Part shown: piece after piece, positions 1 through 11,020 of the stretch
Layout: each line of letters begins with the position of its first letter
Position numbering within the stretch: position 1 is the stretch's first letter
NCBI GenBank assembly: GCA_013265495.1
Contig: MU062035.1
Coordinates: forward strand, 434,001 to 498,000
DNA from: Vicugna vicugna
Taxonomy: Eukaryota
Length of the DNA stretch: 64,000 bases
Direction of reading: 5' to 3'
Program-made: the position numbers and the translations under genes
Notes under the pieces: model-generated
Databases searched by the model: none
Told to the model about the DNA's origin: nothing
The model's input: the letters and a program-made list of their open reading frames with translations, nothing else

Positions 1-2
1 GG

Positions 3-464
3 GAATCAATAAGTGAGAACAGTTCTGTCACTCTAGCCTCAGCTAAAACGTCTAATCAACTACCCTGCACCTTAGGCGTAGAAATTTCACCCAGACCTTT
101 AGCAGGTGAGGAGGATGCACTCAGTAAGACTTCTGAGCAGACTGAGTCCTTGTCATCCAGTTTCATATTGGTTAAAGATTTGGGTCAGGGCACACAGAAT
201 CCAGTGACAGACAGACCTGAGATAAGAGAAAATGTCTGTCCTGAAGCTGCAGGGCCACTTCTAGAATTTGAACCACCTACCAGCCATCCATCATCAAGTC
301 CCTCCTTTCTTGCACCATTAATTTTTCCTGCTGCAGACATTGACCGGATTCTCCGTGCCGGCTTTACTTTGCAGGAAGCTCTTGGGGCTTTGCATCGAGT
401 TGGTGGAAATGCAGACCTTGCACTTCTTGTTTTGCTAGCAAAGAACATTGTAGTTCCTACATAA
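3..464 (+). CDS. RSC1A1: RSC1A1 (regulatory solute carrier protein RS1), 3' part of the intronless ORF, 5'-truncated by the window edge; ends in a UBA domain
   Basis: Frame is open from position 3 (ESISENSSVTLASAKTSNQLPC...) to TAA at 462-464. The C-terminus IFPAADIDRILRAGFTLQEALGALHRVGGNADLALLVLLAKNIVVPT matches the RSC1A1 UBA end as I recall it. Synteny with PLEKHM2 fits. Confidence 0.96.
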   Translation, partial: ESISENSSVTLASAKTSNQLPCTLGVEISPRPLAGEEDALSKTSEQTESLSSSFILVKDLGQGTQNPVTDRPEIRENVCPEAAGPLLEFEPPTSHPSSSPSFLAPLIFPAADIDRILRAGFTLQEALGALHRVGGNADLALLVLLAKNIVVPT

Positions 465-766
465 CCATGGAAAATGGTCTAGACCATACTCCATTCCCTT
501 TAAAAAAAAAAAAAGCTATATATATATACACATGCACACATGCACACTCAACACATATACAGTATATGTAGAAACCTGCAAGCAGAATGTTGAGCCAGAT
601 TTTTTTTAAGGATTTTTTTCAAAGATTTTTTTCGGCCAAAGTAATTTATGATCTCTTGTCTGATGAATTTGTCTATTCTATTTGTTAAAATTTGGGCCTT
701 TTTTAAATGTATTGGCAGTATGTGCATACAGAAGCTTTTTATTATCATTAAGATGATGTATTCTGG

Positions 767-772
767 AATAAA
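767..772 (+). terminator. Proximal polyadenylation signal (short RSC1A1 3' end)
   Basis: AATAAA ~300 nt after the RSC1A1 stop, followed by GT-rich sequence. Confidence 0.55.
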
Positions 773-3700
773 ATGGATGGCTTGTGTATAGCATACCATT
801 TTAGAATGAGAGTAAATGCTTTAAGAAGCAGAAGCCATGAGAAATGGCTGACCACCCATGCAGCTAAAAGCAGATCAACTTCATATTTTGGCTGTGTCTG
901 TGCTATAGGCAAGATACAGTTTGTTGACTTAATTTTCGGTTTACAAATTTGATCACATGGTTTGGTGTTTGGAATTATACTTAGTGCTCTGTGTATTATG
1001 ATTCCTCAGCTGTAACAGAAAATTGAAGAATATCTCCTAGAGTGGTATGTTTTTATTCGTGTGGTTAGGATTTGACATTTTAATGGAATGAGTTGGGAGG
1101 TTTTAAAACTTGGGCTGCTTTGTGCATCACAGGCTGCTGCATGGATTGCCAAGTATCTTGGGTGGGATATTGTGAGGGAATTAACATTAGAGCGAAACAT
1201 GGTGCTACCCAGATAAAAAAAGAAAGAAAAAGCTGTAATTTCATTTGCAAATGTCCTGGTGATGTTTCAAGAACTGTGAGTGAAAAATAATGGCCTCAAC
1301 ACTGGAATTTACTAGAGATTGGGTTTGGTAGATCACATCTCACTGATCACATCTCAACCCTCAATGACGAGTAATGAACTTATGTTCAGCTAATGGGTTG
1401 ATTGCCAACAGTTTATTTCCTTTCTAAAGTCATCGTCTAGGAAGTTCTTCTGAAGCTCAGTTTGAGATGTGACCTGAGTGAAAGATTCAAGTGTGATAAC
1501 CTTGTCACTGGTTCATCTTGGTGCTTGGAATGATCAGTGTATTTGGTGAGTGTCTTTCGTGGCAGTGGAAATAGTCGTTGGAGTCTCTGATTCAAGTGGC
1601 CTTGGTAGAGTTTTCCATCCCTTTCTTTCCTCAGGAGTTTCTTTTTTTAAGCAAAATTTGTCATATTTGTGTTTACCATGTTAAGTTAGAGTGGGGCATA
1701 GTACATAGATGTATTTATTGTGGCCTTTTTTTATATGAGGACTAGCCCTTGGAAATCATGGTCCTGTGGGCCCCACTGTGCAATAACTCTACTGGATAGA
1801 TTTTAGATACTTTCTTTCCTGGAAAATAAACTCTTTTATGTACCGAGCAGGAATCTGAAATCTTGGTTTTATTGAAAAGAATTTTGAGAATGATAATTCC
1901 CGATTTCAGGTTAGAGTTTTCAATGTGTTTGAAACAGAAGATTCAGAAGGGTGATCTGTGAACTTTTAACGTTAAGTGATTTTGTCTAAAGTCTTAATTC
2001 TCTTTGAAAGCTTATTCTTTCCGTCAAAATTTACGTCATTGAGCACAATCAAAATGGAGGCTCGTATCTCAGGAGTTTTTGAAATTTTAATTTAGGGGCA
2101 CTTAGACATTTCTCTTCTACCCTATCTCATCTTTCGTTTTTGCTGTGATGTTTGAATGTGTGTTGGGAGACTTGAGTGATATGATGGAAAGTCGCGTAGA
2201 TTCATCATGATCCTCTGAAGTTAAGCGATGGTTGACGGAGAGTTGTAGTTTACTGTTTTCAGGAGGGCACTCAGAACAACAGGTTAGCCAGGTTGTCTTT
2301 AAAGTGTTCTTTTAGACAATCATGTGCTGTAGATCCTTTTGCCTGCCCTACACCAAAGATGTAAGATGCACTAGGAAACTGCTTATAGGATTTCTGTCAA
2401 CTGACTTAGAGCTGTGACTGTAATTAAATAGTGGTGCTATGATTGAAGCAAAATTTAGTAGCAATGCAATGGGCCCCTGTATTTGCTTTATGGGTATGAT
2501 TGGGAATTTATTCTAAGCTTATAAACCTTTAGGGTCACAAAGTGGGGTGGGTGTGAGGTGGGGGAGCTTATCAATGACAACAGACTCTTCCAGAAAGGCC
2601 TTCTTTATGAAGGTGGGCCTCATAGTTTTCTGTATGAGCAGTTTCTCTGGACACTGCTCAGAGGTGTAGCCACTAAATTTTCATAGTGTGGAGATTTGGG
2701 AGTCAGTCCCAAGTGGGATATATCAGTCTGGAAAAGATTTCATTACAGTAGCTTTTATTGTATGTATATGTATATTTATTTCTAGGGGAAAATGGGATGG
2801 GCCTATAGTTGTACACGTATTCTTATTAGGAATACTTTGAGCTTAACCCACTTGCCAAATACCCTTGTCCTTTTTCATCATTGGTCTTTCAGCTTATAAT
2901 TGCTTTTGATTTTTAAAATCTTACTCCTGCCAATCATTTGTATGAAAGTAAACTTGTTGACATTGTCAGGATTTTGAATCATTTTTAAGTTTAGCAGCTC
3001 TAAAACACAAAAGGAGTTAAGGAATATGACATTAGTGAACCTTCATTGTCGATTTTTATCCAAAGTGCAGAAATTAGAGGTTAACTTTTCCAAGAACGAG
3101 ATAAAATCATTGTGAACTCCTCTGGTTACCAGCAGTGACCAGCAGTGGGCTGCTTTACTGGATGGCTCCTTTGCCATAACCAGTAATGGAGAGCCTTGTG
3201 GTCAGCCCTTACCTCCAAGGGTGGTGTCTGTTTATTCACCAAAGAGAGGAGAAGATTTTCCTGTATGACTTCTGCAATTTCCCTCAAGTTGGTTCCTGTA
3301 CGTAGGAATGTGCTTGGTAACCAGACAGCTGTATCTAGGCTGTAGATTTTGCCCTTGCAGCTGGTGAGAATTATTTCCACTTGTACCTCTTTAGGCCTCC
3401 AGACATCAGCCAGTAGCTTTCATCCCACAGTTTGGGCTTTAGCCATTACATGTAAAGATTACCAGTTGCTTGGCAAAGGGAACTAGAGAGATGGTGAGTG
3501 TGTGTGAAAACTCTTCTGCCTTGCAGCCTACAAAATTTTTCCAGAACTCCTTGTTTCCACATACACTGAAGGGAGGCACAGACCATATGTTTTTTCCCAA
3601 AGCGTTTCTCCAGTAAGAGAGTTACATAAAAATGGAAAGATATCTGAGACTTTGTGGCACTGATTTTATGATAACCCATTAGGGTAGAATCTGCCTGTCC

Positions 3701-4225
3701 TTCCCTTAGCACAGCTTTCTCTCTCTTGTAAAAGCCATAAAAAATCAGTCAGTTTAACCATCAGCTCATGTGTATATATACATGTGTGACTGATAGATAT
3801 CCTACAGTTAATTTTATAAAGATTAAAAAATTTTTTATATCTACAGATATATTCTTCAGTTATGGTGGCTTTTATCCCACCATGTATATAAAAAACAGCC
3901 TTGCAAGTAACAGGCCAGAAGAGTTGGCAGTATGCTCTGATTTCCTTTTCCTACCTGTTTGCCACTTGCGATGAGGATAAGCAGGGTAATTGAACTGCTA
4001 CGTATTTCAAACTGTTATCACTGGTAACGTAAGAGAAGCTGACTGGATTATGCATTCTCTAGCACAAATACCAAAAAGCCAAATTTCTACTTTGAATTTG
4101 GTGACTTAGTGTAGTCAGTGGCTGAACCAGAAAGGAAATAGCATTCTCAAAAGTTCCCTTTCCAAGAAGATGAATGTTACCTTTCATATTAGGAGTTCTG
4201 TAAAATAAAAATAGCTTTCTTTCTG

Positions 4226-4358
4226 GAAGGGGAAAGTATAGCTCAGTGGTAGAGTGCGTGCTTAGCATGCATAAGGTCCTGGATTCAATCCCCAGTATTA
4301 TTAAAAAATAATAAATGAATAAACCTAATTACCCCCTCCACAAGAAGAAACAAATTTT
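4226..4358 (+). mobile_element. tRNA-Ala-derived camelid SINE (Vic-1 type) with 17-bp target-site duplication
   Basis: Head GGGGAAAGTATAGCTCAGTGGTAGAGTGCGTGCTTAGCATGCATAAGGTCCTGGATTCAATCCCCAGT resembles tRNA-Ala(AGC). It has an A-rich tail, and AAATAGCTTTCTTTCTG occurs at both 4209-4225 and 4359-4375. Confidence 0.9.
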
Positions 4359-6961
4359 AAATAGCTTTCTTTCTGAAAGATTTTTAAAATGCCAATTCCC
4401 TCTTAACAACAAAGTAAATTCAAAGCATGTCTTTGAGAACCAGAAATGTAAAATCATGGCTCAAGTTCCCTACCTTAGTGGTCCCTCAGTGGACTATATT
4501 AGGGGTTCATTAATTAATTAAAGAGTTTAGAGAGGAACCTTTGATGTTACTTGATTTTTCTCTTGTGCCTTAGATTTTCCAAGAAGAGGCTTCAAATTTG
4601 GGTGGGGAATAAAAGTGGAAGTATCATGGGGAGAAGATTGAAAATGGCCCTCCTGGAAATGGGCGTGTGTGGAGTGGTCCTAAGGCTCACTTTCATTGTT
4701 GATTCAGACTTGCACCTGCACCAGATCACTAGGTTTCCCGAGACAGGATTATGACATGGCTTTTTTGCATCAGGCATACCTCCCAAAAAATGGTTTCTAG
4801 ATGTTTTTTATATTCTTTGTTGTATTGTCGGTATTGTGGTGGTCAAGGCAGAGAAAAAGTTTAAGAAAATCTTTCATACTTGAACAGGAAACTGGTACTC
4901 TCTTGAAGGCTATGCAATATGAGTCTTTGAATAAGAATTCACTATTCATTCTTCAGATGTTAAGTGCCTGTGTGCCAGGTACTGGTGAGCACTGGGGGTA
5001 CAGGAGTGACTAAAACAAATTAGAAGCTGCCCTTGTGAAGCTTTCAGTCTAGTCAGGAGACATGAAACAAATTTTAGCTTCAAGAACAAGATCTATCTTT
5101 GCCTATTAGCATCGTTTATTTTAAAAGTCATACTACAATGATTTGATTCAAATTCAGAGAAGATTTGGAAAATCAGACTCAAAATGGAATTAGATTCTGT
5201 TAACTTAAAACTGCTCTAAAAAAAATCTGTTTTTTTAAAAAATGAATTGGAGGAACCAACCAAAAATGTTCTTATATTTGGTAGCAATCCTTGAAGAGAT
5301 CAAGTAATAAGAAATCAGTTTATACTGTTGGCGGAAGAAGAGGGAGGTATGGGGAGGATAGAGGTGCAAGTAAATGGAAGATGACCTAAATGTGCACTGG
5401 TGACAGTCAACTTTTCCTTCCATCAAGACCTCCTTCCGTGCAGGGTAGAGGTATGGAGTGTGCTGTGGCATCCTTTCCACTCCCCCTTTCAGCATGGCTG
5501 CTCTGGAATACTAACCATCTGGCCAACGGGACTTAGCAGAGGATTCTGCAGGATTTGCTGTTTTAAAGCAGCTGAGTACAAGATGTGAAAATAGGAATCT
5601 AGAGCAGAAAATGTAGCAAGTAATGGTTCTGGGACTGGATGGTGGGCAGAATTTATTTACAAGAAGATTCCAAACTCTACCAAATCTTTCTACAGGACAG
5701 CTCTATCAAATTGACATTCTTTAATCTATTATTTAAAATGTTACCATATATGGATACAGGTAAAATTTCTGGACCTTAACTACTAGTGACTTCTGAGGTA
5801 TACAGTTAGAAAACTCTCACAGGTTTATGCGTAATATATTGGTGATTGGTAATCTAGACCTTCTGGGGGCTGTGAAACTTGAGAGGCTATAGCAGATGAG
5901 TCTTAGAGCACATGAATGAAATCTACAGAGAAAATGGTTCAAGGGTGTAGGAGTTAAGAGGACATTTTTTTTTAACCTAAAAAAGTTAAGCAAACTATGG
6001 AAGACCTAGGGTAGAGATGTGGAATACAAAATTAGAAGTTTTAGGAGAATTACATTTCTTTTAATCCATATGGGAAGGTTTTCACTACCTGACTGGGGGA
6101 AGGGGCATGCTGGGGTAGTTTTTCCTGGGAAGGTACATGAGTGATAAATGATTTTATTTATCAGAGGCAGCCACATCAGTTTGTTTCCAGATTCTTTTGG
6201 TCTGAAATTACCTGATGCTGACCAGACCTCTTTCTCCTTTCCTCAAGGCTGCACAGCTTTGAATTTATGCCTCTTATCTGAGACCTTTCCCTCTGAATGA
6301 TAAAAATATTCCCATTCTCTATTCTCCTGATCATCCTTTTGAAGTAGTTCTGGTGATGTACTCAGATCAACATACTGACTGCACTTGCTGTTTTGTTTGT
6401 TTTTTTAACTATGCACCTACAATGAATATTGATTTGCTCGTTTTTATTTCAAATTTCATCTTTGTGGCAAGTTGGGCTAATGGCCTTTGCACTCAAGTAT
6501 GGTTTGTTTACCAGTTTTGTAGCCATATTTGGCAAATCTTAGCAAATACAAACCCTTCTCCCCCCCCCCCCATTTTGTTCTTTTATTGCTTTCCTGATTT
6601 TTCTTTAAGCTTTGAGACTACTGCATTCTTAAAAGAAGAACTAGGCTGATTGGCAAAATAGACTTGCCAGTAGCTCATTCACTCCCATAATGCTTTGGCT
6701 TTGAGAGTTGGGAGAACTCTGAGAACTTAAGGAAACCAAACTCAGGAATCCCACAGTTGGTTGCATTGTGCCATTGGTTTAGGGGCTGGACATAGGACCT
6801 GTCTGCAGCTGAGTGAACTAGATGCATTTGGGTTTGAATTATTGTCACATACTGAAATGTAAGTCAGCCCTAAGTAATCAAAACACTTTATTTTATTTTT
6901 CTTTTTTTAATAGGAACTTTCTGAAGAAAAAGTGATGTGTAAAACATTTGATATTTAAGAC

Positions 6962-6967
6962 AATAAA
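6962..6967 (+). terminator. Distal polyadenylation signal of the DDI2/RSC1A1 long 3' UTR
   Basis: AATAAA with upstream TGTA and U-rich downstream sequence; ancient repeats resume just after it. Confidence 0.65.
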
Positions 6968-7239
6968 GTTTTTATCATAAGACTCTTGTTTGATCAATTT
7001 CTTCTAAATTGCAATGGTTACTTCTGTCCTTGTCTCTATCTCCCTGCCCTTTAAATAACATACCCAGGCTGTAACTTGTGGCCATAAGCTTAAACCTCAG
7101 AAGAAATGGGCATCTCCAAGCCATTAGTAGCCTCCAGATAGCCACTGCAGGAGGACGGCCATCTGCTGATGTGAAATGTTGGTGCTCGGTGACTCTGCAC
7201 GAGCAGTTAATGAACAGTAATAGAAACCACTGGTGGTAG

Positions 7240-7410
7240 GGTATTGTGTGGTTCAGACTAGTTTCTAGAGCCAGGCTGCTTGGGTTTGAATTTCAGCTTT
7301 GTCACTTGCTAGCTGTGTGACTTTGGGTAACTTGCTTAACCTTTCTGTGCCTCAGTTTCCTCGTCTATAAAATAGGGGCCATCAGGGTGATAGTAGGGAT
7401 TCATGAGTAA
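7240..7410 (+). mobile_element. MIR SINE
   Basis: MIR core GCTGTGTGACTTTGGGTAACTTGCTTAACCTTTCTGTGCCTCAGTTTCCTCGTCTATAAAAT; boundaries approximate. Confidence 0.8.
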
Positions 7411-8229
7411 CTTGGAAACACCCTGGGGTATTAACCAATGTGGAGTTAGTGCTCTGTGTATGTTTGTGCTGTGGGTCCTTTGAGAGGATTTCAGTGTACA
7501 TGGACCAGCTGGTACAGGGAGTAGTTAGACAAATTCCCCCCCGTTCTGTCACTTTTCCTTGCTGCTGAGAGCAAAGGCTTGTTCTAGTTGGAGATGAGAA
7601 GTACTCATTATTTTGCCATTGTTCAGATCTCAGTCTTTTGATAATTCACTTGAAATGAGACTTCCAGAACTTGATAGAATGGTAGTAAATTGAGACATCA
7701 GTTTTTAGTAGAAAGAATTATGGGTCCTTGGCACAGAAACGGAGCACTGCGTCTTTATTTTTTTGTTTTAAGTGTTAAAAGTATCAGGAAAATAAATGCA
7801 TTGAAATGTTTATGGCAGGGATCTGTACAGCTTGGAGGAGGAAAATACAAGGGTAGGATATACATTTAAAAGTAGAAATTTCAAAGAAATAGAAAAAATA
7901 AGTAAAAAAAGGTACATAGTTGTAAATTTTAAAATGCAAAGTAAGCAGAACATATTGCCATCTTATGTAAGAGGTGAAATTGTCCCCAGATACTGCTTCC
8001 CTGTTCAGAGCTATTTTCTAATGGGATTAATCCTTGACTATGGATTTTGTCCTTAAAAAAAAAAAAAAAAAAGATCAGATAGCTTGGTTCCTCCTAGAAA
8101 GTTACTAAAAGCCAACATTTTCCATATTTGACTCCAGGTATCTCAAGTTGAAGTTCCCTGAGCCAGAAATACTCCACCCCCTCAACCTGCTCCTCTATCT
8201 CCTGGGAAGTAAATGGCAACTTTGCCCTT

Positions 8230-8960
8230 AAGTTGTTCACTCTAACACCCTGACCCCTTTCTCTCACAACCTACATCCAACACATCCTAAATCCCGTTGG
8301 CTCCACTTCAGAATATTTGCAATCTGATCATTTCCAGAACCCTGGTCCAGGCATCATCACCTCTCACCTGGGTTATTGCAGTAACTCTCTGCTCCTGCCC
8401 CTGTCTGTCTACATGATGTTCTTAGCACAGTAGCTAGCAGGACTCTGTTCAGTCAGATCGTACCTCCTTAAAACCCCTCCATGAGCCCCATCTCACTCGG
8501 TAAAAGCCAGAATCCTTACAATGCCTGCAGGGGCTCTGTGTGCCTCCGCCTTCACCTCCCCACCCCCGCCCCCACCCATCAGCCCCGAACCACTCCAACC
8601 TCCGTGTTCCTTGAGTTCACCGTGCTGTCGCCCATTCCCTGAACATCTTCATGGCTTCTCCTTGCACTGCCATTCCTTTAGGTCTTGACTCAAACACCAC
8701 CTCAGGAAGGCCTTCTCTGACTCCTTTAAAATTGAAGCCAAACCCCTCCTTGGTCACCTCCCTTCATTCTTCTTCCTTAGCGAAGACACTACCCAACAAA
8801 CTCCACATTTCACTTCTGTATCTTCCTAACTTCCATCCCATTGAAATGGAAGTTCCATGAGAGTAGGGATTTATGTCTCCTTTTCACAGTATCTCCCAGT
8901 GCCTAGAACTTTGCTGGTATATAGCAGGCCCTCAGATACATTTTTAATTAATAAATCCAT
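8230..8960 (+). mobile_element. L2 LINE 3' fragment
   Basis: L2-like pyrimidine-rich body ending ...CCCAGTGCCTAGAACTTTGCTGGTATATAGCAGGCCCTCAGATACATTTTTAATTAAT; boundaries approximate. Confidence 0.7.
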
Positions 8961-9414
8961 GAACACCATTATGCTGCCTCAGTTTCTCATCTCACAGGAC
9001 CTAAGGAGCTGTATCATAAGTGAAGTGACAAACTGCCTAAAACCCAGCCAGGTTCCTGAGGTCAGTTTGCAGGTTTAGGGATTCTAGCCCAGGATGACTG
9101 CTGACCTTGAGTTTACTGTGGATTTTAAAACATGGCATTCTGAGGTTAGTAAGTCTGCAGGCTTCCATGTGAAGTAGTACTTTTTATTATACCAGCACCT
9201 AAGACTAATTTGGGACATCAGCAAATAGCTCCTTCTCTACCAATGGTCATACAGACTTCGGCCATAATTCCTCATCCACTATCTTCTTAGAATAGAAAAG
9301 GCCCAAATCAGATGTAAAGAGAAGCAGCCTTACATTTGGCTCTAGTTCTCTTTCTGTGCTTTTACTTCTACGGCCAGCTAAAACATTTTCTGCACCCCTA
9401 TTAAAATTAAACAA

Positions 9415-9522
9415 GGGGAAGGTAGGGCATGTGCTTAGCATGCAGGAGGTTCTGGGGTTCAATCCCCAGTACCTCCATTAAATGAAGTAAATAAATCTAA
9501 TTACCTCCCCCCAGAAAAAGAA
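9415..9522 (+). mobile_element. Vic-1-type SINE with an internal deletion in the head
   Basis: GTGCTTAGCATGCAGGAGGTTCTGGGGTTCAATCCCCAGTACCTCC followed by the family's AATAAATCTAATTACCTCCCCCC tail. Confidence 0.8.
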
Positions 9523-9570
9523 AGCTTGGCAGCTGAGAGTGGAATAAAGAGAGATTAAAAAAAAAAACTA

Positions 9571-9960
9571 ACCAGAACATGGATGGGAGTAAAGATTATC
9601 ATACTAAATGAAGTAAGTCAGACAGAGAAGGACAAATATCATATATCACTTACATGTGGAATCTAAAAATAATAATACAAATGAATTTACAAAACAAATA
9701 GACTCACAGACATAGAAAACCAACTTACCGTTATTAAAGGGGAAAGAGAGCGGAGGGATAAGTGAGGAATTTGGAATATTAACAGATACACACTACTATA
9801 TACAAAATAAACAAAGAGCTACGGTAGAGCACAGGGAACTATATTCAGTACCTTGCAATAACCTAAAATGGAAAAGAATCTGAAAAAGGATATCTCTATA
9901 TATAACTGAATTACTTTGCTGTACACCTGAAACATTGTAAATCAACTGTACTTCAATTAA
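9571..9960 (+). mobile_element. 5'-truncated L1 3' end (artiodactyl L1-type) with A-rich TSD
   Basis: Typical L1 3' UTR (AAATGAAGTAAGTCAGACAGAGAAGGAC ... TTGTAAATCAACTGTACTTCAATTAAAAA), flanked on both sides by AAAAAAACTA. Confidence 0.85.
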
Positions 9961-10634
9961 AAAAAACTAGAAGATAGACATCAGCTCTAAAGTCACACCG
10001 TTCACTTTCAAGGTGGCTGTCCCCCTCCCACATATGTACAAACAATAGTAGAGTATGGAACGTCATCAGAGGCAAACATTTCACAAATTTGTATTTTGTT
10101 TCTGTCTTCAACATTTTTGACCCTGTGCTAATATATTCAGTACATGAAAACACACTACTGTGTTGAAAGTTTTTTTTAGGAAATTTTGACAGTATTTTTT
10201 TGTACAAAACTTTTTAAAAACAAAATTGTTAATTTCAATAAACACTGAAGATACTCAGTAAACACTGGGTATCATGTGCCAGACACTGAACTGGTGCTGT
10301 GAATACAGCTTTGCATGAACTGAGCAAAGGTGTAGATTCCCACGGAGCTTCCATGCTAGCAGTCTCTCTGAAGAGTGACAACAGACAAGAAAATGCAGGT
10401 AGTAATGCATTCTACAATGAAAATTAAGTAGGTTCGCGTGGCTTAAGGGATTAGAGGCTATGGAATGTGGAGCAATCAAGGAGGAAGGTTTCCTGAGAAG
10501 CTACCATTTAAACAGAAACCCAGCTGACAAGAAGGGTCCTGCCAGGTGAGGCTTCCGGAAGTGTTATGTTGGGCTAGGCTGAGGGAACAAAGAAGCCAAA
10601 AATTTCAATAATTTACTACAAAGTCTTCATCTTG

Positions 10635-11020
10635 CCTATGTTTTTGGTCCAAGACAAGTGTTCCTGGTTGGTAGGCAGCTCTCCTCCAGGCAGTATTCAG
10701 GAAACCAGGCTCTTCACATCTTATAAGTCTGACATTCCCTTTGCTTCATCCTGTCCGGGGGGTGAAGAACCAGCATGCAGGCTCAGCTTCTGCAGCCCAG
10801 AAGTGGACGGCTGTATTTCTGTTCACATTCCATCGGAGAGCACCTGATAACACAGCCATGCCCACTGCAAAGGAGGCTGGGGAATACAGTCTGGCACTGC
10901 CTGGCTACAGTGCTGTCCCTGTGGAGAGAACAGATTCCGGTGAACAGCTAGAGGCCTCTGTCACACTGGGGAAGAGCTTTCCCAGCAAAGGCCCTCAGAG
11001 GCACACACACAAGCTTGTTT
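10635..11020. mobile_element. Probable old MaLR LTR (MLT1-like) fragment
   Basis: Motifs CAGCTCTCCTCCAGGCAGTATTCAGGAAACCAGGCTC and GCAAAGGAGGCTGGGGAA recall MLT1J/K; heavily diverged. Confidence 0.4.

Larger units (their letters stand above)
465..6985 (+). other. DDI2: Long 3' UTR of the DDI2/RSC1A1 terminal exon
   Basis: AT-rich non-coding sequence after the RSC1A1 stop, ending at AATAAA 6962-6967 with upstream TGTA and a downstream U-rich tract. The DDI2 assignment rests on known synteny; no DDI2 coding sequence is in the window. Confidence 0.65.

Noticed and set aside
4226-4300. tRNA-Ala(AGC)-like sequences here and at ~9420, ~20000, ~27250, ~36580 and ~62260
   Set aside because: They are SINE heads: mismatched stems, a shared SINE tail and target-site duplications, so not functional tRNA genes.
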